Notes under the pieces: generated by a model
What the model saw: only the letters and a program-made list of their open reading frames with translations
Database searches by the model: none
What the model was told of the DNA's origin: nothing
Shown here: one piece after another, positions 1 through 15,699 of the stretch
How the letters are laid out: the number at the start of each line of letters is the position of its first letter
How positions within the stretch are numbered: position 1 is the first letter of the stretch
Source of the DNA: the human T2T-CHM13v2.0 reference genome, Homo sapiens
Strand: one strand, 5' to 3'
Length of the DNA: 64,000 nucleotides
NCBI RefSeq assembly: GCF_009914755.1
Contig: NC_060929.1
Made by a program: the position numbers and the translations under genes

Positions 1-49
1 TCTTTCTCACATCAGATTGTGTAAGGTTAAAAAAAAAATTTTTAAGTCC

Positions 50-206
50 TTTTTTTTAAGCAACAGGGTCTTGCTCTATCACCCAGGTTAGAGGGCAGTC
101 ACATGATCATAGCTCACTGCAGCCTCGAACTCCTGGGCAATCAAATGATTCTCCTGCCTCAGCCTCCTGAGTAGCTGGGACTATAGGCACACAGCAGCAC
201 ACTCGG

Positions 207-257
<51 letters not shown>

Positions 258-377
258 TTGTAGAGACAGGGTCTCACTTTCTTGCCCAAGCTGGTCTTGA
301 ACTCCTGGCTTCAAGTGATTCTCCCCCCATGGCCTCCCAAATTGCTGGAATTACAAGTGTAAGCCACCTCAGATGGC
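50..377 (-). mobile_element. AluJ-like, (TTTA)n expansion in central linker
   Basis: Alu consensus motifs on the minus strand; (ttta)n at about 209-259. Confidence 0.9.
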
Positions 378-575
378 CAAGTACATTTTTTAATGAAGGA
401 TTACCAATGCAACATAATATGTTGGAAAAACTTGAAATCAGAGAACGTTCATTATTCTTACTATTAGTAGAAGGCATGCTATATACTACACACTCTGATA
501 AGTACTTTATAAGTACTATCCAATTAAATTTTCTCCAAAAAGAGCTATCCTGTGGAGTAGCTACTACTATTAGCC

Positions 576-742
576 TTTCTTTTATGAGATGGAGTCTCAC
601 TATGTTGTCCGGGTTGGAGTGCAGTGGCTATTCACAGTTACAATCATCGCACACTACAGCCTGGAACCCCTGAGCCCAAGTGATCCTCAGGCCTCTGCCT
701 TCCGAGTAGCTGGGACTACAGTCATATGCCACGATGCCTGGC
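576..742 (-). mobile_element. FAM (fossil Alu monomer)
   Basis: Monomer carrying the 7SL-like gtggctattcacag segment typical of FAM. Confidence 0.8.
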
Positions 743-749
743 AGCCCTA

Positions 750-1726
750 TTTTTTAAAATCAACTTTTATTTTAAGTTCTGGCATATACGTGCAGGTTTG
801 TTACATAGGTAAATATGTGCCATGGTGGTTTGCTGCACAGATCAACCCATCACCAGGTATTAAGCTCAGCATCCATTAGCTGTTCTTCCTGATGGTCTCC
901 CTCCCCTGCAACCACCTCCAACAGTCCTCAGTGTGTGTCGTTCTCCCCCATGTGTTCATGTGTTCTCATAGTTCAGCTTCCACTTGCGGTAGCTTGTTCC
1001 ACTTGCGGAACATGTGGTGTTTGGTTTTTTGTACCTGCACTAGTTTGCTGAGAATAACGGCTTCCAGCTCCATCCATGTCCCTGCAAAGGACATGATCTC
1101 ATTCCTTTTTATGGCTGCATAGTATTCCGTGGTGTATATGCACCATATTTTCTTTATTCAGTCTACTGTTGATAGGCATTTGGGTTGATCCCATATCTTT
1201 GCTCTTGTGAATAGTACTGCAATGAACATATGCGTGCATGTATCTTTATAATAGAATGATTTCTATTCCTTCGGGTATATACCTAGTAATGAGATTGCTG
1301 GAGCAAATAGTATTTCTGTTTGTAGATCTTTGGGGAATCACGACACTGTTTTCCACAATAGTTGAACTAATCTCATTCCCACCAACAGTGTAGAAGTGTT
1401 TCTTTTTCTTCGCAACTTCACCAGTATCTGTTGTTTTTTGTCTTTTTAATAATTGCCATTCTGACTGGCATGAGATGGTACTGCATTGTGGTTTTGATTT
1501 GCATTTCTCTAATGATCTGTGACGTTGAGCTTTTTTTCATCTGTTTGTTGGCTGCACGGATGTCTTCTTTTGAGAAATGTCTATGCATGTCCTTTGCCCA
1601 CTTTTTAATGGAGTTGTTTGTTTTTTTCTTGTAAATTTGTTTAAGTTCCTTGTAGACTCTGGATATTAGACCTTTGTCATATGGATAGATTGCAAAAATT
1701 TTCTCTTATTCTGTAGGTTGTCCGTT
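750..1726 (-). mobile_element. Older L1PA 3' end (3'UTR and ORF2 C-terminus), 3' part of a U6/L1 chimera
   Basis: ttttattttaagttct...gtgcaggtttgttacataggtaa L1 3'UTR followed by ORF2 C-terminal homology. Confidence 0.9.
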
Positions 1727-1833
1727 AAAAATATGGAATGCTTCACAAATTTGCATGTCATCTTTGTGCAGGGGCCATGCTAATCTTCTCTGTATCAATC
1801 CAATTTTAGTATATATGCTGCCAAAGTGAGCAC
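1727..1833 (-). pseudogene. RNU6: Full-length (107 nt) U6 snRNA retropseudogene fused to L1
   Basis: Reverse complement reads GTGCTCACTTTGGCAGCATATATACTAAAATTGG...ACAGAGAAGATTAGCATGGCCCCTGC...TTCCATATTTTT, which is diverged U6. Confidence 0.95.
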
Positions 1834-1844
1834 AGCAGCCTTGT

Positions 1845-1932
1845 TTTATAGGTGGAAATACTGAGGCTTGGAGTGGTTGATATGCTTAAGGTCACACAAG
1901 CAGCAAGTGGTAGAGCTAGAATTCAACCCAAA
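1845..1932 (-). mobile_element. MIR fragment
   Basis: gaaatactgaggc...aaggtcacacaagcagcaagtggtagagctagaattcaaccca matches the MIR core. Confidence 0.7.
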
Positions 1933-2183
1933 TTGTGGTATTTTTTTGGGTAGAAAACGAATGTCTTCAATTTATACAGCATCTTGAATTGAGAAGCCTC
2001 AAGTTAATAAATGATGGTAATAACCACTGTTTTGATGATCCAGGGCCAGTTCTGACTGCTGAATGTAACATTTTCCATAAGTATGTGCTATAGAATTGCC
2101 TAGGAAATTCTATTTTAAGCTGTACGTTTAAGTGGTGAGTTACTGACTACCGCTCTTTTTTCTGTTTTTATTTTTACATATTA

Positions 2184-3525
<1,342 letters not shown>

Positions 3526-3639
3526 ACAATTTAGTATCACATTCTTTTTAAGAATGATTTGAAATATAAAAAAGTATACTTTGTGTTCTAATAATGGAAG
3601 TAAAAATATTCTTATTTAATCACTTTCTGTTTATAGAAT

Positions 3640-4080
3640 ATACAGCAAATATACTCTGTCGGCAAGTCTGTGGGGAAACAGGCTGTCTAATATATTAATC
3701 AATTCACTTTTCCTTTTGACCCAGTAATTCCATTCCACTTCTGAGAATTTATACTGCAGATATATCCATAAACATAAGGAATGAAACAATATAAGATTTT
3801 TCATTGCAGAATTTTTTTAGGAGAAAAATACTGGAAACAATACAACTATTCAACAGCAGGAGATTGACTAAATAAATTATGGGTTATACGTCCACAGAAT
3901 GAAGTACTATACAATTATAAAGAGTGAAGGAGATAAACAGTATGGTTCATCAAAAAACAAAACTACCATGTGACCCAGCAATTCCCATTTCTGGGTATAT
4001 ATCTGAAGGAATTGAAATCAGTATCTCAAAGAAATATCTGCACTCCCAAATTCATGCAGCATTATTCCCAATAGCCAGCA
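3640..4080 (+). mobile_element. Old L1M fragments
   Basis: gacccagcaattcccatttctgggtatatat and related ORF2 C-terminal motifs. Confidence 0.6.
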
Positions 4081-5799
4081 AAAAGGGTGCTGGTGTAAAT
4101 AAGACAGGATTAGCTATTCTAGAGGCAGCACTCAATCAAGAGAAGTTATGCAAAGTCTTTCCCAGAAATATCTAAAAATAAGACAGTATAAAAACAAACC
4201 CATCTGTTTAGTAATGAATATATATTATAGCCAATAAAAGTCTAGAAAATAATTTTATAATAAGTTCCACATGAAAACATTTGAAACTTTAAAAGGCATG
4301 GCCTAATATGGTGAACAGAATGTTTCTATTAAATGGTAGAAATAGGAATTTGTTGGGAAAGTAAAAATTTATTGTTTATTGTTAAAATGAGTATTTTAAA
4401 AAAAGGATTATTTTTACCCCATTTTTTGTGAGTTAATCAGGACTAAATTCTACATGTCTTCACTTTGCCTTGGGGGTAAGCAAAGATAATTAATGTAAAA
4501 TTTTAAGAATTTAATTAATTTTAAATTATAATTGACATATAATAATTTTACATATTATGGGGTAGTGTGATGTTTCAATACATGCAGACATCATATAATG
4601 ACCAGATCAGGGTAATTTTTTTTAACTTCTGATCATCTTTGTTATTATAAGGGATCAGGGGCACAGATATTTTTAGAACAGTAGATCATCTAAGAAATTT
4701 TTTCTCTTTGCCTTGAAATGTATAATCAGATTATGTTTTTTTTTTTTACTGGAGAGGTTTACAGAGTGCTTGTGTTTTACTTGACAATATACTATTATTT
4801 ATTTGTTATTTCTTAACACATGGCAGCCAAGACTGGAAGGAATTGGCAACAGTGAATGCCAGGCAGCAGGGAGAAACCAGTGTGGAATATTAATTTGTCA
4901 CAGAAAAATCCACGAGCTACAAATCTACATGTGTATATATGCAAGTGTTACCTGTGAAATTAGGCCAAATTTCTTCTGAGGATTTTAACTACTGAAAACG
5001 AATGCCATTGTTTGAGAGTTTGACAGTAAAAAGGAGGAAGATAGGGTCACATTTTATTTTCTATTTCAAATGAAATTTATTCTTTCTCATTTGTGATTAA
5101 TTCTCATTTGATATGCTGGCCTCAGCATTTCTTTGGTTTATGCTTATTTTTCTAGTTTCTTTGGACATGGAGCTTGAAAATAACATGCAAACTGTGGGCA
5201 TGCCTTTGTGTTTGTGGGCAAATAAAGCATTAGGATGCCTTTTGGATTTAAAGCTTGCAGTGGCTGGGAACTGCTTCCATTACAACTCCTGTTCCTTTGC
5301 TAAAAGGGGCCGCTTCTCTCAGGAAACAGCTTCCTCCATTCAAATCAGAGGTTCAATAATTAGGTAAAGCAACAACTGCTTCGGTTCTCCATTTTTTGTG
5401 GAATAAATGAAAGTACCTGTTCTGTAATAACTTTATTGTGGTACTCAAAGGGTATTAAAATGTATTATTAATTTTAGACGATAGAATTAACTCATTAAAT
5501 AATTTTGTTTCCATGGTTCAAGTGTACAAATAGTTGGAATGACATTTACAACCATGTACAATTATTGATCTAACCAAGACACAATCGGTTCTCTGTTTGT
5601 ACTTAATGTTTCCTAAATTCATGTGTTTTTCACGTGACCCTGAAATTGCTATGTAAGGGTATAATAAAACCTACTGTGCCGATTAAGATCAAAAGGATAA
5701 GCAAATATGGATTAACGTAATGACAGGCATGGAGCGAGTTAGGAAAGCGGATTAGGGCAGCGGAAAGCACTTGTAGCACACAGATGAAAGCGTGCAGCT

Positions 5800-5970
5800 G
5801 CACCTCACCATCTACTGGCTGTGCAACTCTGTTACTTAACATGTTGGAGCCTTAGCTTTCTCCTTTTATAAGCAGGGAGTAGTAACTACCTTGCAGGTTA
5901 TAGTGAGGGTTCCAGAAAATATTTTTATAGTGTCTAGCTCCATACCAACACTTGATAGAGATTCACTGAA
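5800..5970 (+). mobile_element. MIR
   Basis: Degenerate MIR core (tactggctgtgcaact...gccttagctttctcc...taactacc). Confidence 0.55.
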
Positions 5971-7531
5971 ATGGAAGCTGCAATTTCTGGTTTTTAGAAG
6001 TAAATACTTAGGGTAGGATTCTATAAATATTTCATTTTTATAAAAGGTGGATAATTTTATTTTACACTTTCAGAGTAGATATGAAAGCAAATAAATATTA
6101 AAATGCATTGGTGGGGGGAAGTCTGGTTAAAAGCATAGATCTAAGAGCAGGTATTAGCAGCATGTGGCAGGAATTTGAAAGGTGGCAGCATCATTGAAGG
6201 CCCAGGCAGGAAGACAGAACCAAGGTACCGTCACAGAAGAAATTCAAGATGGGGACCTGGTCACAAAAGCGATGGGAGAGCTGAGAGGAACCAGAGGTCA
6301 GTGAGGCAACAAAGGGTTTACAAATGTCAGGAAACTGCTATTGCTCCCAAGGTAGGAGGAACAAAGGAAGGAAGTGGTAGAAGCAGAGCTTAGGAAGGCT
6401 GGAGAGAGTTGGAACCATGGCAAAGGCCCAAGCCCTGCTTGAGATTCCACACAAAGCAGAGAGAGAGAAAGAAGGAGAAATACCCTGGCTTTCCCCCTTC
6501 CCACCCCCCGATCTCCAGTCATTGCCTCCCCACTGGTCAATTCTAACTAGAAACCAATTGTCAAAGAGGAACTGGTTTGGAAATGCAGTTTGCAGAGGTC
6601 AGTGACCTGCAATCCAGAGCAGAGTAAAGGAAGGGCAGAGAATGGGTCTGAGACCAAGTGGACAAATGACCAGCACAGTGACATTCACATTTATTTTCTG
6701 AGGAATTGTTTGCATGGCCTGGGACAGGATTACAAGGCAGGTAGTTTACTGCTTTTGCTTTTTTCCTTTCTTCACTATCAGTGCCTTCCCTCCCAGGATT
6801 TTGCACAGGGCAAGTCTAGGTACTGAGATCCAAAACTGTGATTAGACAAGAACGAGGCTCATAGTTACCACAAGTTAGATTAGAGTATCTCTTCAAGTCC
6901 AGAAAAGGAAACTATGGCAGGAAAACACAAATACAAGAAATGGCTTATTCTTCTAAGCAGATAAAATAGATTCTTCGTTGGCAACAGATCTATAATCAAT
7001 GTCAGTGGAACAATCTGCAATAGACTAGAGATGACGGTGATGGGAACCAGAAGGTGAGGTGCTGTTATATTGTGAGGGTGGAGTCAAGAGGATTTACTAA
7101 TTGATCCGGTGCAAGCATGAGAGGAAAAAAAGAGTGGAGGATGATGCCCAAGTTTATGCTGAGCAACTGGAAGCCATCATTTATTCAGATGAGCAAACTG
7201 CAAGAGAGGTTTGGGGAGGATAGCAAGAATTTGGTTTTTTGATATGCCAAATTTTAAAACTTTTTGTTCTCAAAGGATCCTTTTCAAAACTGCCATTTTT
7301 ATTATTTTTTAAAATGTAATGCAGGAGGCACACTACTGAAACCAGGGAAATTATTAAGTGAAAGTCTATACGTCCAAACATGGAACCCCATCTTTCTTCC
7401 ATCCCTTGATTCTGAGAAAGCTGGCAGACAAGATTTACCCATTCACTGTTCCCCAACCCTTCCCCCAACTACAAGAGATTTGGATACTTACTACTCTTGG
7501 GAAAATTGATTCACTCAAGAAAAAATTCCTT

Positions 7532-7727
7532 GCCGAGAGCAGTGGTTCACGCCTGTAATAACAGCACTTTGGGAGGCCGAGGCAGGTGGATCACAAGGTC
7601 AGGAGTTCGAGACCAGCCTGGCCAACATGGTGAAAACCCGTCTCTACTAAAAATACAAAAATTAGCTGGGCCCAGTCTGGGCAACAGAGCAAGACTCCAT
7701 CTCAAAAAAGGAAAAGAAAAGAAAAAA
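7532..7727 (+). mobile_element. AluS with most of right arm deleted
   Basis: Left arm joined to ccagtctgggcaacagagc; TSD aagaaaaaattcct. Confidence 0.9.
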
Positions 7728-7821
7728 TTCCTACAGATACCAATAATTAGGGATTCCCCACAGGAGTATCTGAGTTCATAATCACTCCATAGTCATTCCC
7801 CACAAATTCAGAAGCTCCACC

Positions 7822-8354
7822 TAAGAACTCCCACTAAAAAGTGAAATTCTCAAAAGGGGGAAATAAGGAAGGAGACCACCACTTCTCCTGCTGCCCTTCC
7901 CTTCCCCCCACCAACTTCCCTAGTTTATAAGATAGGGAAAAAAGGGAGAAAGCAAAAAGTTGAAAAGAAACAGAAATAAGATAAATAGCTGGACAACCTC
8001 GGCGCCACCACCCGGCCCTGGTGGTTAAAATAATAATAATAATATTAACCCCTGACCTAAACTACTTCTGTTATCTGTAAATTCCAGACATTGTGTGAGG
8101 AAGCACTTCAAAACTTTCTGTTCTGTTAGCTGATTCATGTAGCCTCCAGTCACGTTCCCCACACTTGCTCGATCTATCACGACCCTTTCACGTGGACCCC
8201 TTGGACTTGTAAGCCCTTAAAAGGGCCAGGTATTTCCTTTTCGGGGAGCTCAGCTCTTGAGATGTAAATCTGCCCAAGCTCCCGGCCGAATAAAGCCTCC
8301 TTCCTTCTTTAACCCAGTGTCTGAGGAGTTTTGTCTGTGGCTCGTCCTGCTACA
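7822..8354 (+). mobile_element. HERV-E (LTR2 family, LTR2B/C-like) remnant: internal tail, PPT and complete LTR (7864-8354)
   Basis: taaggaaggagaccacc start; cccttaaaaggg TATA region; gccgaataaa poly(A) signal; ...ctcgtcctgctaca end; purine tract aaaagggggaaa before the LTR; 4-bp cacc repeats at 7818-7821 and 8355-8358. Confidence 0.85.
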
Positions 8355-9395
8355 CACCCATGCACAATTCCAAGCATACTTTAATTCCACATTGTATATA
8401 TGAATGGACAGGCAAAAATCAGACTTAGCCTGGGCTCAGTGTTCCACCCTGGGAGATATAGAGGCCAGGATCCCACCCCCACTCATCATCCTCAGAATTC
8501 AGTCAAGAATTATCCTGAGTTTATCTCTGACACCTGGTAAACACTATCTCAACAACAGTCAGAACTTCTGAAGAAGAGTAAAGAAGGAGCTGATATAATT
8601 GAAGATGTTCTCCAAATTGCCTTTGAGAAGCAATTGACAAAGAAAAAGAACCAGGCACTAAAACTGGCACAAATGGATGAAATGTGTAAAAAGAAAATCA
8701 GAAAAGATAAATTGGAGGTGCCTTAAAGGGGATGTAAAAGTATTTTTCTAATAATGATAATTAAATATAATGTTTTCTCATTAAACGTAAGTATATTTAT
8801 TTCAGCTATGCTCAGTTTAAGCATTGTAATCTATAATGTTTCATTTACAATTGTGATCCATTAAACCATTTAGTGTCTCTGAATAAAATAGGAAAGGAGG
8901 TCATTGGAGGTCAGAGCTGCCAATGGTCTATTGTAATAATGAAATCATCTTTTCACATAAAGAGTAGAATCACTTCTTTATACTCTACTGTCTCCTGTGA
9001 ACAATACCAGATTTAGTTGGGGTGGAGGGGAGTAATGAAAGCTGCATATAATTAGAGGAGAACTCCCCAGAAAGAAGTAGTATTGACAGTGTTGATGAAA
9101 CACACCATTGAATTTATTTCTTTGATTTACTTAGCCAATGCTGCATGTGTGAAATTCTGGAGGGAGCATTTAAGGGTGAGATAAGATCATTTTGGCTTGA
9201 AAAATTTTACAAACTATTCCCATGATAAATGAAATAGTACATGAGACAGTGGGTGGCAGAGAGAGGGAGTATGTGGAAACTCTGTACTCTATGCTCAATT
9301 TTTCCTATCAACCTAAAACTGCTTTAAAGCATAGTCTATTAATTTTTAGAATTGTATTTAATAAAATAGGTCTTTTTGGATACCTTTAGCCTTAG

Positions 9396-9815
<420 letters not shown>

Positions 9816-9883
9816 TAAAAACAGCATGGGAGAATGACATTACAATTGAAGAGGTTTTGCAATCTAAACAAAGCAGGTCGTAT

Positions 9884-10154
9884 TCTTTTTTTTTTTTTTT
9901 TGGGGTTGAGGGGTACGTGTGCAGGTTTGTTGTATAGGTAAACTCACGTCGTGGGGGTTTGTTGTACAGATTATTTTGTCACCCAGTACTAAGCCTAGTA
10001 TTCAATAGTTATTTTTTCTGCTCCTCTCCCTCCTCCCACCTTCCACTCTCAAGTAGGCCCCAGTGTCTGTTGTTCTCTTGTTTGTGTTCATGAATTCTGG
10101 TCATTTAGTTCCCACTTAAAAGTGAGAACATGTGGTATTTGGTTTTCTGTTCCC
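9884..10154 (-). mobile_element. Short older L1PA 3' end
   Basis: L1 3'UTR; TSD aaagcaggtc(g/a)tattct. Confidence 0.85.
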
Positions 10155-10232
10155 AAAGCAGGTCATATTCTATAGAGACTGTGTTTTTGCTAAGTATTCA
10201 ATACATAAAAACAATTCTAATTTTTTTAAATT

Positions 10233-10516
10233 AATTATTTATTTATTTTTGAGACAGAGTCTGTCTCTGTCGCCCAGCCCAGAGTGGAATGCAGTGGTGC
10301 AAACATGGCTTGACCTCCTGGGCTCAAGGGATCCTCTAGCCTCAGCCTCCTGAACCACCATGCCTAGCTTATTTATTTATTTATTTATTTATTTATTGGT
10401 AGAGACAGGGTCTCACTTGGTTGCCTAGGCTGGTCTCTAACTCCTGGGCTCAAGCAATTCTACTGCCTCGGCTTCCCAAAGTGCTGGGATTACAGGTGTT
10501 AGCAACTGCACCCAGC
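10233..10516 (-). mobile_element. AluJ with internal deletions
   Basis: Alu motifs. Confidence 0.85.
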
Positions 10517-10587
10517 CTTTTAATTTTATTTTACAGAATTCATGATGTGTAAATTAGTAATGCCAATCAAATAACAATTTAAATTTA

Positions 10588-10959
<372 letters not shown>

Positions 10960-11099
10960 TTACAGTATTCAAATTCTGAGAAGGTAATTCTAAATATCTT
11001 ATTAAAATTTGTTAAACCTTAGCCCTCATTCCAGTATTTCTTATGTGTTTACAATAACTGGAATGATACATTTCCTTTAACATTAAAAAAAAAAAAAGA

Positions 11100-11399
11100 G
11101 GCTAGGCACTGTGGCTCACGTCTGTAATCCCAACACTTTGGGATGCCAAGGGAGGCAGATCATGAGGTCAGGAGATCAAGACCATCCTGGCCAACATGAT
11201 GAAACCCCGTCTCTACAAAAAATACAGAACTCAGCTGGGCGTGGTGGCACGCACCTGTAGTCCCAGCTACTCAGGAGGCTAAGGCAGAAGAATCACTTGA
11301 ACCTGGGAGGCGGAGGTTGCAGTGAGCCGAGATCGTGTCACTGCACTCCAGCCTGGGCGACAGAGGGAGACTCCATCTCAAAAAAAAAAAAAAAAAAAA
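11100..11399 (+). mobile_element. AluS (Sc-like)
   Basis: Alu dimer, poly(A). Confidence 0.9.
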
Positions 11400-11799
11400 G
11401 ATACATGGCACAGTAGAAGGTATCTCTTTCCTTAAAAGATTTTTTTGTAACTTATCCTAAAGGAGATATAGCTAGCCAGCTAGCTTCTGTATGTTTACAT
11501 ACAGTAAAATAGAAACAGAAAATTAGCCATGAAAGAAGGTAAAAAGTCATCATAAAGGCTGTGAACTTAGTGTGATTGACTGTTTGATTTGCCTCTTAAC
11601 TTCCTGGTAGCTAGGACCAAACCAAATCAGAGTAGATTTCAGAAAGGAAGAAGCATACTTATTCTTCAAAACATGCATCATTCTTTCTGGCATTAAATTA
11701 TAATAGCAATTTCTGACAAAGGATTACAAGAGGCCATTGAGCAAGAAAATGACCTTCAGTGATTGTTTAATAACAAAAACAACATCAAGTTTTATATGA

Positions 11800-12228
<429 letters not shown>

Positions 12229-12242
12229 TAGATGACTCCTCA

Positions 12243-12767
<525 letters not shown>

Positions 12768-13010
12768 TTAAGAGGTAGACTTGGATATCCCTTAACGTTT
12801 GCATTACTCCTGACTTGCTATCTCAGTGTTCCACACCAGAATATCCACAGCAATCATTTTGGTCCAAAAAAAAAATTCAAAACAAATGTAGGCAAACTTC
12901 AATAATGTTCCGTGGAGGATAAAACTCTGAAAGGTATAGCTCAAAAATATTTCAGTTTTATTAAGGTATTTGAGGCATATTTGAATTCTTAAACTCAATT
13001 ATTCTCTCTC

Positions 13011-13755
13011 TTGTTATTACATCCTCACCATTACAATGGCCCTATGATGGGTGGAGTAGACCTTTTCATCCCTTAACTTGGGCTTAACCATATGACTTAC
13101 TTCGGTCAGTGAATGCCAAGGGCCTTGTAAGCACAGGTTTGAAATGAGCATTTGGGCTTGCCCTCTTCCTCTTCTGCCTTTTGCCGTGAGAATAATATGC
13201 TGCTGGTCCAAGGAAGAGAAGAAATCTGTGGGGCAGCCTGGTGTAGTGGCACATGCCTATAGTGTCAGCTACTGGAGAGGTTGAGGCAGCAGGATTGCTT
13301 GAGTCCAGCAGTTCAAGGTGCACGATGCACGATATGGTGCCTGTGAATAGATACTGTGCTTTAGCATGGGCAACACAGCAAGACTCTGTCTGGAAAGAGG
13401 AAGGAAGGAAGGAAGGAAGGAGAGAGAGAAAGAGAGAGAAAGAAAGAAGGGAGGGAAGGAAGGAAGAAAAAAAAGAAAGAGAGAGAGAGAAAGAAAGAAA
13501 AAGAGAAAGAAAGAAAGAAGGAAGGAAGGAAGGAAGGAGAGAAGGAAAGAAAGAAAGAAAGAAAAGAAATTCATAGATTAGACTTGGACCCAACCTACAG
13601 CTTGGAGCCAAGCCCAGCTGGGTCCAACCTAGGTCAGCTTGAACCACAACAGATCCAAAGATGGATGAGCAAGAAACAAATGCTAATTGTTGTAAGTCAC
13701 TGAGTTTTGCAGTGGTTTGTATAGAACATTATCATTGTAATAGCTGACTAATACG
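13011..13755 (+). mobile_element. MLT1-type MaLR LTR interrupted by a FAM
   Basis: MLT1 3' motifs tgttgtaagtcactgagttttgcagtggtttg...atagctgactaata. Confidence 0.7.
13236..13570 (+). mobile_element. FAM with expanded (GGAA)/(GAAA) tail
   Basis: cctgtgaatag FAM motif; purine repeat at 13393-13570. Confidence 0.8.
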
Positions 13756-15098
13756 ATATCGAAGTTTATAAAACAATTCATCTATATAAACATTTTTCCA
13801 TTTCAAACAGTTTTCACCTTCTCTTTACAGATTTCTTAGGAACAAGACTTTGGTTATGACAATTTTGAGAAATGCTATGAATTAGGTTATTTTAAATGTT
13901 TCATTTTTAGATGGTAGAAATAGGTACATAGATTTCCTTTTTTAGACAGAGGAAATGGGTACCTAGTTGACCATTCACTGTTGATATGAGTACCAGGTTA
14001 TCTGATTATTTTTCTAACCATAGCTTCTTATGCAAGAAATAAAATAAGCATGTGAGCCTCATAATTATATTCTATTTAAGGATTAGATGAATTAGAGAAG
14101 GGCATTTCCTTTGTCTACCACTTACATAGCATCCAAAGGAAAAAAGATTTCTGAATTTTTTTTACTTTTAAATAAAAATATCTACTACTATAACAAGATG
14201 TGTCTTCTATGACGAATAATTCAAAGAGCAACCAGCGTAAGTGTTTGAGAGTGTGAGATATTGAACTAGCATTTATGGAGCACTTTCCATATGCCAGGCT
14301 CTGAACTAGATAAGGAAAACAAATCTCAGAAAAGACCAAACAGTCACCATGTGGAGAAAAAAGTCAAGATGCAAATCCAGGTCTTTCTGCTTCTGAAGCA
14401 AAGATTCCAGATGAAGGTTTGTAGCCTATATTTAACACCATGATTAACCCACTCAGACACATTTGTTGTGGTCTGTACAATTTTTTTTTTGATAATTTGA
14501 ATAGTCAATATTTAAAAACCAGCTGACTGCATAAAGAAATCCAGATTTCTGACTTCTCTTAATAAATTGACAAAGGTGGCAACACTGGGCCTGACCTGAC
14601 AACTGTCACTCAGGCTAAGTCACGGAGGGTCCTTTAGGTAGGACCCACGCCTTTTTAGTTGGAGGTTTTCTTGCTTGTATTACCTAATGGTGCCCACAGG
14701 CTGGCTTCATGCATGTGGGTCATGGACAGTCCTACCGGCGCGCATGCTTAGAAGATACTTGTGCTTGAATTAATGTTCTGCTATCACTATTTGAAATTCA
14801 TTAAAATTCTTGATCAAGGAGTCACAAATTTTTATTTTGCACTAGGTCCTGCCAATAGGCCTTTGCATTTACAAGCTCTGCCCTAAAATTCTTGCTTTTT
14901 TCTTTACCTTGTGCTACTTGTCTTACCTTTACTAAAAGTTTTCTCATCAATTCAGCAATGAATTAATATTAGTTCATTCCTATCTATTTTTCAGGGATGA
15001 TCAGATTTTATGGGGCCTGAAGCTGAAATAATTTGGAAGGTTTTCTTTTAAAAATATATAATTACAAATGTGAATATTTATTTAAAATAATAAAAGAA

Positions 15099-15391
15099 GA
15101 CTGGGAGTGGTGGCTCATGTCTGTAATCCCAGCACTTTGGGAGGCTGAGGTGGGAGGATCGCTGGGAGTTCAAGAGCAGCCCTGGCAACAGAGCAAGACT
15201 CTGTCTCTACAGAAAAGTTAAAAAAAAAAATTAGCCTGGCATGGAGGTGCATGCCTGTAGTTCCAGCTACTCAGGACGCTGAGGTGGGACGATGGCTTGA
15301 ACCAGGGAGTTTGAGGCTGCAGTGAGTTCTGATTGCACCACTGCACTCCAGCATGGGTGACAGCAAGACTTTATCTCCAAAAAAAAAAAAA
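15099..15391 (+). mobile_element. AluJ
   Basis: Alu dimer. Confidence 0.9.
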
Positions 15392-15401
15392 GATGTTGTT
15401 T

Positions 15402-15635
15402 CTTTTTTATTTATTTATACATTTTTGCATGTTATATAATTTATTCGTGTTAGCATTCAGACATTTTTAGGTGGGGAAGATGATTTGCAGAATTCACTAC
15501 AAGGTACAACAGAAAATCATATTTGAAAGGACGATACATCTGGTGCAGACCGGCAGTGGTACGATTCCAAACAAATGTCAGACGAGAGCGCTTCATGGGG
15601 AGAAACTGAAAATAATAATTTAAAGCTTCATGAGG
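15402..15635 (-). pseudogene. Candidate short 5'-truncated processed retrocopy (3'UTR-like)
   Basis: Minus strand has AATAAA followed about 12 nt later by a degenerate A-rich tail; locally CpG-retaining unique sequence; weak TSD-like aagatgttgtttct / aagatatgttct. Confidence 0.45.
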
Positions 15636-15699
15636 CAAGATATGTTCTAATTTAAAACACTAAGAAATAGTACCATTAGTTTGTTTTCTAAATTCTCAA

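Noticed and set aside
1727-1833. Functional U6 gene
   Set aside because: Multiple substitutions, MIR rather than PSE/TATA upstream, and fusion to L1
13084-13647. Several 100-187 aa ORFs (K/E/R-rich or F/L/S-rich)
   Set aside because: Translations of the GA-rich microsatellite tail of a FAM
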